A stretch of DNA of 63,068 nt, counting the filler, from Reticulomyxa filosa (lineage: Eukaryota; Protista; Foraminifera), in the NCBI GenBank assembly GCA_000512085.1. It is 25 parts of 25 records of this genome, joined end to end, with 100 filler letters (N's around TTAATTAATTAA, not from the genome) between each part and the next. Parts side by side here need not be neighbours in the genome. Positions count along the whole stretch, not along the records: positions 49,331 to 54,381 come from ASPP01026224.1; positions 54,482 to 55,761 come from ASPP01017885.1; positions 55,862 to 58,863 come from ASPP01019641.1; positions 58,964 to 60,441 come from ASPP01000792.1; positions 60,542 to 61,689 come from ASPP01004206.1; 20 more parts are not named here. One strand, 5' to 3'. A program made the translations under genes and the position numbers. This document shows, piece by piece, positions 49,634 through 61,689 of this stretch (positions within the stretch are counted from its first letter, which is position 1; every line of letters starts with the position of its first letter). The notes below the pieces were generated by a model that worked only from the letters and a program-made list of their open reading frames with translations, was not told the DNA's origin and did no database searches.

Positions 49634-51775
49634 ATGCAAAATGATAATAAAAAAGTATCTCTGTCAACATCACTTCCAATACAAAAGAAAAGATGGTCAG
49701 GAACACCACAGCCCAGCATGGGCGAACGCTCGAGCACGTTTCAGCACGAAAGCCGTGCGCTGTCATATCGTTCGCAGATGAATCGTGCAATACCGTCAGG
49801 GGTATGTTTGCGCAATGAAAAAAGAAAAGGGAGAAATTGTTTGAGAGTTGGTGTAAAAAAAAAAAAAAACGGAAAAAAAAAAAAAACAGGACAAGCACAC
49901 GATAAAATATTGCAAAAGGGACACCCAGGACAGAAGACATTGTCCCGTAGTGCAACAAATCCAGGTAGAGCAGGTCACGACTTATCGAATGAGATCTATG
50001 GAGCAAAGCGTGGACGTTTGAAAGACCGAGTGTTGGGAAGCGAAAAAGCAAGTAAAGAAAAGCCAGAAATGGAAGAGCAAAGTGAAAATGAAAGCGACAG
50101 CAGTCACATGTACACACGTCCGACAGGACTCGTATACAATGGAATGGAGAGCGAGGACACGGAAGAGTATAGCGACATGGAGACGAATGAAAGGAAGAGT
50201 ACAAAGTCGTATCATGGCAGTCATGACCGCTATGTCAAACGAGCGCTGAGCCGCGATGGACGCTCTCAAAGACCTTTCAATTCATCACATGTGGGTATAT
50301 CATCCTCGATAACTCCAGCGCCGCCACCGTCATTGTCACATCTTTTGATGAAGCGACATAGCACCTATACAAGCTTGACGAAATTACACCGTAACAACCT
50401 TGGCAGCAGTGATGACAATGACAATAATGACGACGGGACCAGAGCCAACAGAAAGCTTTTGCCTTTGTCTCTTATCGAAACAAACAACTCGCGACTGTAT
50501 CATCAGCAGGGACAGGGCAATCGCCCAATCAATGACCACTTCAATGAGCAATATCAGCACACTCCGACCATCCTAGAGCACGAAGAAGATATCACCAAAA
50601 AGACCTCATCTAAACATCAGCGACAAAAATCCAAGTCGCTCGCAGGAGCGCGTTTGCTATTCCATGATCATCAGTATAATCAGTATCGTCAATATCATCA
50701 TCAGCACCCACCTTTATCTCAGCCAAATAATGACAGAAAAAAAGAGAAGATAGTCGGTCTGTCTCTTCCTCCCAATGGGACTGGTACAACTTACAAACAA
50801 ACGTATACATGTTTGTTTTTGTTGTTAATACGTATAAAAAAATAATAATAATAAAAATAAAAATAAAAATTAAAAATAATAAAACAGAAGCCAAAAGACG
50901 ACCGTCCGGATTAGTAGCGCTACGTGATATGCTGCAAGCGCAAACGGAAACAGAGGAAAATAGCGACGGTGCGAACGAGGAGATGGCGGACACGGTGATA
51001 TTTGATATGGTGGACCGCAGCAAATGGTCGCTGGACACGTTGATGGAAATTGGCACGTTGGAGGAGCTGACCAAGTATGTGCGGGAATACAGTCGCGAGG
51101 ATTTAATCCAATTGTGTTGGGATTTGCTACGTAGCAATGAAAAGTGTGGCGAACTGCTGCACATGGTGACGGGAATGAACCAGAATCTGCAAGACGAAGA
51201 GCGCGCCTTTGACCACATGATGACGACCACGAAGATCTCTTTGAGCTGTTCGTTTGCCAGTTTGTATGCGGTGGAAGAGGACCGTCGTTCTCTGCGATGT
51301 CTTTGCACGTCCGATGTGAGCAATCGAAATGGACAACACCACGCGGCGACAACAACGACGACGACGACGACCAAGACGGATCGTGTGATGGAAGGGACTA
51401 GCGACAATGAAGGGAGGAAGGGAAAAGAGTTTGACAACAGAGACAGGAGGAAGATGACGACGGGATGGAATGGCAGCAGAAACGACGAGAGAAATGAGGA
51501 TAGAAGAAGTGGCATTGCTGCGGAGCAAGAGATCGTGGTCAACGTATCCCATTTGACCGAACAAGAAAGCATTCCAGCCAAGGTATTTCGCACCGCCCGT
51601 TCTGTCAATTGTGTCCTTCACGACAATGGCGAAATGGCCATGTGTTGTCCAGAGTATAATGGCAGTGGTATTGGTGGAGGTGAGATCAATGTGTTGGGAG
51701 TGCCAGTTCGAGATCGACGTGGAGTAATCATTGCGGTGTTGATGGTGTATCGTGAATCTAATAACAATGACGAGG

Positions 51776-51812
<37 letters not shown>

Positions 51813-54352
51813 GGAATGGAGATTCAATGAAGCTGATATCAAAACTGCAAAATTACTAACTGGAATTGCTTGCAACACATTACAAAATTTACAAACGTAT
51901 ATTGACGCGCAGGCGCAAAAGAAAGAAAGTGCACGTGTGCTAGGCATCATCGATGAAATGAGTGGCGACATAACCAACCACTCATACCAACAATTGATCA
52001 AACAATTGCTACGGAAAATTCGGGGCTTGGTCGCCTGCCAAGAATTGGAGTTTTGGACCATCAGTGGTCCTGTTGGACAAAAGGTTCTCACTTGCGAAAT
52101 TTCCCAAAATGTGCATATGCGCAACCAGCAGATTCCTGTGGACAGTGGTCACATTCTAGGACAAGTGGCATTGACAGGACTTCCAAAGAAAATCGACCGA
52201 GCCAGAGTCGATGGTCGCTATACCGCCAATGAGTTGCGCTTTTCCAAAGGGGAGTCAATACTGGTCATCCCCGTTCGATTGGAACATGAATCGCATCCCA
52301 TTGCTCTGATTCAAGCAATTGACAAGATTCCGCAACACTTTTTAGATCAAAGTGATCCACGACGACTTCTTTCCAAAAAACCTACTCGCGTTGCTCCGTT
52401 CACGGAAAACGATAAGCGATTGTTGGAAACGCTGGCCAAATCTGCCAGTGTGATTATTCGCAACAATCTCTTGTTCGAATCGATGCAAGGCGAACGCAAA
52501 AAAAACATTGCCTTGGTGTCGATCTTGAGGGCCTTGCAGCATAAGCACGACGTCACACAGATGCTGGACGACGCTACCTTGTGCATTGCCCAGGCCTTGG
52601 ATTGTGAGCGCGTCAATATATGGTTCACGGACGGAAACGGGGCATTGGAATCCCTGAATGTGATGACCAATCATAAAATGATCGCAGATGAAAGAGTCGA
52701 CGAAGATATTCATGAGTTGTTTAATGCGATTGCCCGCTACTGTGCAATGGAAAATGTGTATGTGAATAGTGTGAGTATCTATCAAGACAGTGAGTTATGG
52801 AAGGCCATTTATGATGAGAACAGTGGTCATCATGCCAATCACAATAGCAATAACAATAACAATGTCGGCAGTGCGAGTCATTATAATGACATTCGTCAAA
52901 TATTGTTTCGTGTTCAACAAAGACATCCTTCGGAATTGTATCGCGTGCAAAGTGCATCGACATTGTGTGTGCCCATCTCTGCCAATGGACGTGTGGTTGG
53001 AGTCATTCAAACCTCGTTCAAAGCCAATGACCAGCCCTTCACAGATCAAGACCAGTCGATCGTCGAAGCCATTAGCAACGAAGTGGCCCACGCTATTGCG
53101 CGCAATATTAGCGACTTGTGGATTCAAAAGTACATTGAAAACCACGCAGACGTTCCGTTGGAGGTCATTGACTACTTCCTGACAGGGTCTCACGATCAGT
53201 ATTACCAAGTCATGAACGGGTCCAATGAAGAAGGGGACACCGCCGTTAGTGCCGACGATCCAATCGAAGGCAATGAAAGTAATAACACCATTGCAAAAAG
53301 TGGAAAACCACGAGTTAACAAGCGTTTCGCCAAGAACAATATCGATGACAATGGCAATGGCAATGGCAATGGTAATGATAATGACAATGACAATGATAGT
53401 GAGAATAAAGGGGAAGAAGGCAGTTCCAATAGCAAACTGATAGCCAATGTAAAGTTTGAACTACCGAAATATCTATCTCACAATATGCAACTGTTGGACA
53501 CATGCGAGTTCGATTGCACTCGCTATCAAGGCGAGCAATTGGAACAGTTGGTTCTGTATATGCTTCAAGAAACAGGTATGATCAAAGAATTGAAATTAAA
53601 CGCAATGAAACTAAGTCGATTTGTGAATCAAGTGCAACACTCGTATCATCAAGCGAATCCATTTCACAACTGGCAACATGGCTTTTTTGTATTTCATTTT
53701 GTATACTACTTAATCACTAAAATCCCAAAACTCAGATCTCTTTTGAAAAAAATCGACCTTTGTGCAATACTCATCGCTGCATTGTGTCATGACATTAATC
53801 ATCCTGGCAACGACAATCTGTACGAAATCAATATCGATTCGGAATTGAGTCGCGTGTACAATGGCGAGTCTGTCCTTGAAAATCATCATGCGTTTTTCAC
53901 CAATGAATTACTTCGCAAAAATGAATTAAATTTCATTGAGGATATGCCCATTGCCCAACAGAAAGAATTCAAACGCATCATCGTCAAATGCATTCTCACC
54001 ACTGATATGTCACATCATACCGAAAGCATTGAGTGGCTGCACGACATGTCGAAAAAAGGGTCCATTGAACAGTTGCTCAATACAAACAACAAGGATATCA
54101 AAGACTCGGATAAAAAAAACTTACTCCTCAAATTGTGCCAAATCATTGTCCATTTGGGAGACTTGTCTGCTCAGACCTACATTTGGAACATTGCCAAAGA
54201 ATGGGAACTTCGCATTGCCCAAGAATTTCGAAACCAGACTGTCAAAGAAGAAAAAGCCAAAATCCCTGTCCGTGAATGGATGGCCAAAATCGATATTCCA
54301 ACTAGATACAAAAATCAACACTTCTTTATTGAACACGTCGTCAAACCTTTAT
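49634..54352 (+). CDS. Class I cyclic-nucleotide phosphodiesterase with tandem GAF domains (3' truncated)
   Basis: Catalytic motifs FHNWQHG, ALCHDINHPG, SVLENHH, TDMSHH, GDLS, EFRNQ and Q.FFIE..V.PL. Three GAF-like units end in FNEAD, FTEND and FTDQD. A phase-compatible intron at 50784-50887 joins ORF 49634 to ORF 50809. Confidence 0.93.
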
Positions 54353-54481
54353 GGTTATTTTTTTTTTTTTTTTTTTTTTTTNNNNNNNNNNNNNNNNNNN
54401 NNNNNNNNNNNNNNNNNNNNNNNNNTTAATTAATTAANNNNNNNNNNNNNNNNNNNNNNNNNNNNNNNNNNNNNNNNNNNN

Positions 54482-55680
54482 GTTCAAATGATTTTTGAAA
54501 ATTTTTTGAAGCTTTAAGTAGTTTGGACTTGCATTTGCACCATGATATTTTATAATATTTTTGTTTATTTTTTAGTAATATTAAAAAAATTAGTATTGTA
54601 TCTTTATTAGTTTTTGAGAAAAATTATATTATTTTATTGCAATTTATTACAATTTATTGAATCGCTGCTGGTATATGAAGTAAAAAAAGTCGAAAGATTT
54701 AAGAGCATGCCAGTGGTGAAGGTCACATTCACAAAAGCAGAAGATGTGTAAAGAGCAATTGAAGAAAAAGTAGTAAATTGAATAGAAAACTGAAAGCATA
54801 AAATACTACATTATGAAGATAATTGATTTTCTTCATGAAAAATAATATTTTTTTTTTTTTTTTTTTAAGAATATATACATGACTTGAAGATTAATAAAAA
54901 ATATATATATTATAAGATCAATGCAAGTTGTAAAATTATTTAAATTTTAAAAAAATCATTTGAAAGAATGATATTTTTCTCCAACATAAAAAAAAAACTA
55001 AACATGATAGATTTTCTTAATGAAAAATAAACATTTGTAAGACGTCAGCCAGAAAAGAGTTTGCACTAAATGTAATACGAGGCTGATTGTCAACAAACAA
55101 GTAAATTAAAACAAATTAAAGATAAATGACACGAAAAAGAGGAAAACAAAACAATACAAAGTGAAGAAGGTTGTAAATGAAGTTTGAACTCTGGAGGATC
55201 CGAGGAACTCCCAGTGGGTTAAACCTTTATAGAATAGGGACTTGTACTACACATTTAAAGCTAATTTTTTTTAAAAAAAAAATATCTATAAGTCTTGTAG
55301 TTTTTAAATATGATATTGATTTTTGAATAATAAAATGTCATAGTGCAAGTGCAAACTATTTAAAACTTCACAAAATTTTAAAAAATCATTTGAAATAATG
55401 ATATTTTTCTTCCAACCTAAAAAAAAATTAGTATTATTATATCTTTATTAGTTTTTGAGAAAAATTAGATTATTTTATTGCAATTGATTACAATTTATTG
55501 AAAGCATAAAATACTACCATTATGATGACTTGAAGATTAATAAAAAATATATATATATTATAAGATCAATGCAAGTTGTAAAATTATTTAAATTTTAAAA
55601 AAATAATTTGAAATAATGATAAATATAATATTTAAAAAAACGAGCATTTAAAAAGCTAATTTTTTTTTTTTTTTTAAAAT
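54482..55680. repeat. AT-rich mosaic of direct and inverted duplicated blocks
   Basis: ~54585-54661 matches ~55420-55501; ~54880-54975 matches ~55525-55620; ~54483-54552 is an imperfect reverse complement of ~55331-55394. Confidence 0.7.
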
Positions 55681-58092
55681 ATCTACATCTTAATAAGGTG
55701 GCATTTTAGGTGTTTGGTTTTTTTTTTTGTAACATATTGCATAAATTAAATTGAATTGATANNNNNNNNNNNNNNNNNNNNNNNNNNNNNNNNNNNNNNN
55801 NNNNNTTAATTAATTAANNNNNNNNNNNNNNNNNNNNNNNNNNNNNNNNNNNNNNNNNNNNACATATATTAACAGACATGAACTTAATGCAGAAATAATT
55901 CTACGTTGCATGTTGACTAACATTGTGAGTGATTAAACATATATATATCAGTATATTATATCAAAAAACAAAAGTAAAATTAATAGTGATAACTACAACA
56001 AACACTTAACAAATTTGGAAAAATTAGTATACTTATTATGCAATGTCAAATAAAATAAGTTAAGTTTTATATTTATTTTATTATTTTATATTTTGAAAAA
56101 AATAATTAAATAAAAGATGTAAATTAATTAGAAAACAATATATTAATTCAATGAACTGCAACAGTAAAAAGAATAAGTTGATTAAAATGAAAATAAATAC
56201 AAATTAAAGAATTACAAAATTATATATTTACAGCTACTAAAAAATCATTTTATTAAATAAAATATATATTATATAGATTAATTAGTGATATATTTTATTA
56301 TCACTAACAAGTATCAAATAATTAATTATTGTCACAAATAGTAAAATATATATATATATATTAGAAGTTACTTCATAATCATTGGAAGCTAGAAGCTTAA
56401 ATTATGATAAAATAGCTATTGCTAAAGTGAATATACACAATGTCCAAAATACATATCACATGACGACATGTCAAAATCATTTATCATCCAACAAAAGTAA
56501 ACTTAGTGCATAGTACGAAAGCAAACTTCAATATATGACTAAAGAAAACCTTGTGTAGATGCCGAATGCATCCAAGTGCATATATCGATGAAAACTCCAA
56601 AAGAAGAAACAAATGATTGTATTATGTCCACTAACAACTGTAATCATCAAACAAGTCATAAAATCGTAAATAGCTTTCAATTAATTATTGTCCTTTAAGA
56701 CTAACAAATATCGAAGTAATTTGATGTTTGTTTCATTGTTTGTTTGAATTATATTTAGTTTTCTACAATCTTTATTTAGCACATATTAAAGTTTTTGCGA
56801 AAGCAGCAAGTTGGATCAAAGTATTTCTTTTTTTGAATTGTGAGTTACTGGATCTCTCCAGTAGATTTGGAGACTTTGTGATACCATCCGGTTTGATCAA
56901 AATCTACGTTGGTATTCCAAAATTTGAGAAAGAAATATTAATATGTTTTTGGTTATATGAATTAATTATAAATTGACTAATGATATATTTTAGCGTTGCG
57001 AAAATTGATATTTGAAAGTTTAACGAAAAAAACATATATTTTACATGAAAAAAAAAATCATTATAACCATAAATAATAATTACTGTTATAAGTATGTATC
57101 ACTTGAAAATATGAATCAATATAATATGTTTTTCAGTTTTTTGGATAATGTAAAAAATAAATAACTTGTACCAATATGTAATCACTAGCAAATCAAAAAC
57201 AAAAATTTGTATTTTTCGAGGCAAAAATGTCGTACAAAGCAAGATTTCCTTTTAGTTGGAATTTTCATATTTTGTTTGTTGAACAAATTCAAGATTGCAG
57301 TTGGCTGACCAAATCTAGTAATCGCATCAATCTCAAATGGACGATAAAGATAACATTTCTCGCAAAATCAAGAATTTTTTTCTATGTGACAACTTCAAAT
57401 GAAAAATCTTGGACTTAAACGTTTTTGGACCATTTGTTGTTTAAACTCGTCCAACGAGAATCTTGTCGCACTGAACACATTAATGTTGATAAACAAGGAT
57501 TGCAACAGAGGAATATTTATACAAATTATAGTTGAAGCTACAGGCATTGGAACTCGTTCTTATCAATGCCAAAGAGGTGAACGGTAGTTCAACATTTAAG
57601 CACTTCATGTCTGTATTGAAACCTCTGTTATTGCACGGATACGTGGCCACAGGGTGGGGCATAAGGAAGCTTATATATATAGTCTGCTGTACTTTTTTCA
57701 CAAATTTTCTTGGCAACACTATTTGACAAAAATTGTTTTGCGATTTTGTTAATGATCTATCAGTAACTTTTTTTTGGGCTGGCTTGCAAAAGTCTATTTT
57801 AAGTTTGTTCATTCACTTTATTCTCTACAATATTTCAATTTTTTTCTACATTTTTGTCGATTACAAACGTTTTATTCCTACAACTTTTTAGTATACATTT
57901 TGCTGTTTTATGAAGAACTTCAATCAAAAATATAAACACAAGAGGACAAATAAAAATTGAAACAAAAAAAGCAAGAGTATGGTTATCAGCAGTACATAAA
58001 TAAAAAGAAAAGCGTGGGGACAAGTTTCTCTTTTTTTTTTTTTAAGATTGGGAAAAAAAAAGGCAAGTTAGCATAACACAGGAGCTATAATA

Positions 58093-58863
58093 ATGAGTCA
58101 GCAGTACCAACTAAAGACTTCAGATGCAGTGGCGTTATCGTATGGTATTGGAACTCTGTTTTCGTCTGTGTGTATGTGCGGGATATTGGGTTTTACCTGC
58201 AAGCAGTTCCGGAGGCAAGGCAAGGGAGTATACGAGTACCGTATGACATTGCCAATCTTGGTATCAATGGTATGTGCATTAATGTTTAATGTGATCGGAG
58301 TATCGATGATGACAGACGTGTTCGTGCCAATATCGGATGTAACGTGCAAAGCAGCATATCCAGTGTTGGTGCCATGTTTTTTCTGGAGCAAGATTTCATT
58401 GTATTGGGCATTGATGGGAAGACTGGAGCTTATTGTGCGTCCGACAAGGTACCAAGTGAGTGCATGGATAAGTTACAGCTACCGAGCATTCAGTTTCGTG
58501 ATACTCCAAGTGTTATGTGGATTATGGTTATACGAATCGTGGATTGACATCGAAGGGCATTCAGCAGGACCAAAGTATCATTTTTGTTTTCCCATTCGAG
58601 TGCGAAATAAATCCCTAGCCTTTCACGTGTTCGAGCTGACCGTATATGTGGACATGTTATGCGGAGGTTTTGTCTCCGCCATGTACATTTATCGACTCTT
58701 CCAAGTTAGTGCCGCCATTGACCAGCAGGAGGACACTAACTCTTTGTACCAGCTCATGGACGATCACGCCAACAAAAGGCCCTTTGGAAAGAGCACTCTG
58801 TCCATTCGGTCACTCAAACACAGAATACTACAGCCCACGTCACATAACGCACGTCTCATCAAA
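58093..58863 (+). CDS. Multi-pass, GPCR-like/7TM-like membrane protein (3' truncated)
   Basis: Five hydrophobic helices, a Cys at the start of TM3 (VTCK), a Cys in the second extracellular loop (HFCFP), RL after TM3, and a long loop after TM5. Confidence 0.65.
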
Positions 58864-58963
58864 NNNNNNNNNNNNNNNNNNNNNNNNNNNNNNNNNNNNN
58901 NNNNNNNTTAATTAATTAANNNNNNNNNNNNNNNNNNNNNNNNNNNNNNNNNNNNNNNNNNNN

Positions 58964-60441
58964 TAGACATCATAATTGGCCTTATTTGGATGGGTTTTTG
59001 CAAGAGGCAATCAAGATACTTCACTTACATGAAAGAAGAGAAGAAGATGAAATGGAATTATATTGTGGATTGAAAAATGTTCGATTGGAGAATATTAAGG
59101 AAATAAAATTTGGATTTTTCATAAGTCATGTAAGTACTTCTGATGATATTCAAGTTGCACAAATGTATAGAAGTCATCAAGGATGTATTTTGCATTTTCA
59201 TCCTTCCATGAGACGATCACACGGAATACGAAGTTGTGATATATCATGGATATCTCCATTCAAACATGAACGCGAAATTTTATTCGAAAGATCTAGATTA
59301 AGTTCTGTTGCTGACGAGAAAACACAAAAAGAGCTGTGCTCATGGAATGCAAAAGTAGAGAGTGAAGATGAATATACACAAATGATATTATTGACATGGG
59401 TGAAATATGATCAGTATATCCAACAAACTATGCAAATAAGTGCAATATGGTGCTATTTCATTGATTTAAATCTTGTCTATGTTGCACTTGATTATTGTTG
59501 TAGAGGAGATATACGTAAAACAATTGCATTGTTATTTGAATTTGAAGAGTGGAAATCAAGGGATAATAATGAACAAAAATATAAAAAAGAAATAAACAAA
59601 TTTACCGAAAGTCGTTGTTACAATCATAATGTCAATCTATTTTATATGTTTCTTGTTGAAAGAGAATCTCTGAAGATACAAAATACAATGAATAAATTAA
59701 TTTTATCTACAGTGAATAATGGCTTACCTTTCATTGAGAAAGATAATAATATATCTTTTTTAACTTTGTCTTCTTTACCTGTTCCATCTTATCAAAGTCA
59801 ATGCGTGACATATAATAATGAAATATTAATTTTTGGTGGCTATTTAAATAATGAATGCTATTCATATCATATGATTAAAAATGAATATAGACGTATTGTT
59901 TTTATCCAGATAATGTCATATTAAATGGACATTGTGTGATAAAACTTATACATAATACTTATTTACATGACCTTACCTTATTGTCTTTTGGTGGATTTCC
60001 AAGACATACGTTAATAATGAAATATGTGAGTGTTTGGAATGACGACGACAGCAACACAATAGAAAATTTTCGAAATAGATACAAAGATAATAGCAATAAA
60101 TGGATACCTTTTGTCAATAATGACAATAAGCCAATTTCTATTGGTAGAAAAAAAGATGATTATTTAGGATTGCGTGCAGTAATTAGTGGTAGTAGCAATC
60201 ACTTATTATTTATTACATATTTTCCAAATAATATTAGCGTATTCAATTTAAATACGTTTCGATATGTGAAACATAGTACTTTACCTACAAATGATAATGA
60301 TAGAATAAGATATCATTGTTTTGTATCGAAAAAACCATCAAAAAAGAATACAAATCAAAACATACATGAAATGATGTTATTTCACAAAAATACTGGGTTA
60401 TCCATTGAATATGATGAAAATTACAATATTTTTCAATTTTA
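58964..60441 (+). CDS. ADP-ribosyltransferase-like (R-S-E class) domain fused to a Kelch propeller; both ends truncated, 1-nt frameshift near 59897
   Basis: LYCG (59058-59069), STS (59133-59141), VA..Y and DISWISPFKHEREILF (ExE at 59268-59276), then a helical linker and Kelch repeats ILIFGGY, LLSFGG, AVISGSSNHLLFI. Confidence 0.75.
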
Positions 60442-60606
60442 NNNNNNNNNNNNNNNNNNNNNNNNNNNNNNNNNNNNNNNNNNNNTTAATTAATTAANNN
60501 NNNNNNNNNNNNNNNNNNNNNNNNNNNNNNNNNNNNNNNNNAAAAAAATTAGATGACAGTATACGTTGTATATTTCTTTTTTTTCCCTCCCCTTTTTCGT
60601 CACTCA

Positions 60607-61689
60607 CTTTAAACATTAAAATGGCTTCTTTGAGCTTGTACACAACATCTTCACTTGTCAATTTTTTTAATTACTTTGGCCAGTTCTACATGTATTCCAT
60701 ACCCTTTTGCTACACTGAAATAAGAAGATCCATCGACTGTTCCGTCGTGACCTTGGGATACCGGTTCGACCAATTCCAAACCCACGTAGGGAGTCATCCC
60801 ACAGCCCGAAATAATTCCAGTGAAACGGATCAACCCAATTGCGGCATTATTTGTGGGTAATTGAACTAATACTGCATCTCCTTGGGATAATCTCACAGGT
60901 AATTGGACTAATACATCTCCTTGAGATAATCTCGTAGACATCTTTTTAAAATTATGAATTGGTTAATTTTTTTTAAGAAATTACATGATCCCTGCAAAAA
61001 AAAAGACAGTACTCGGCCTTCTTTGACATCTTGTAAAAGAAACAACATAAACCTACCTTTTTCTTTGGCAAAGTAGGTGAGGAAAAGAAAATAAGGAGCT
61101 GAAGTGCTTTTTGTCATGCAAAGAAACAAGCCAAGTTTTAAAAAGTAAAAAAAAGTAGCAAACAATTACAAATAGGCATCCGTTTGATATTTGTCAACTA
61201 GGATTTCTTTGCACTCTGTTGTTTTTTTTTTTTAAATTAAATAATTCCTTCCCCTCCCACTTCCATCTTCCCTTCCGTAAAATTTTATCAATAATACTTC
61301 AACCTCTTCAATGACGCAAGCTATGTTCCGTTGAACTGATAAAAATATCATCAGCCCTCAAACGTTTCAACTTTCAATTTTTCTCTGTACAAAGGCACGC
61401 ACAATCTAATTGTCCGCATTTTGACGCAGCCAAAAAAAAAAAAAAGTAGATACCATTTCTTCGAGACGTATCTAGACGTGAGCGAACAGCAGATTGGACC
61501 AAGACATCAAATTTCTGTGTGACAGGGGTATTGATGCACCCATCGATGTTTTCTTTATTCTGTGCGACAATTTTATCAATATCCAAAGCGAGTGATTCCA
61601 CATGTTTTGGAGGCAGTAGCAGTGAAGATTCATCACTTTCATGTAAACTCTGTTCACTGCCATTGCAATTGCCATTGCCATTGCCATTG
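60607..61689 (-). CDS. CAP-Gly domain protein, internal exons
   Basis: GLIRFTG...YVGLELVEP..GHDGTVDGSSYFS...GIHV is a CAP-Gly consensus. Upstream exons have GT-AG boundaries. Confidence 0.8.

Noticed and set aside
50610-54433. Long antisense and alternate-frame ORFs over the PDE (and over the V-ATPase and WD40 genes)
   Set aside because: Shadow ORFs of real coding sequence and microsatellites, with no independent motifs.
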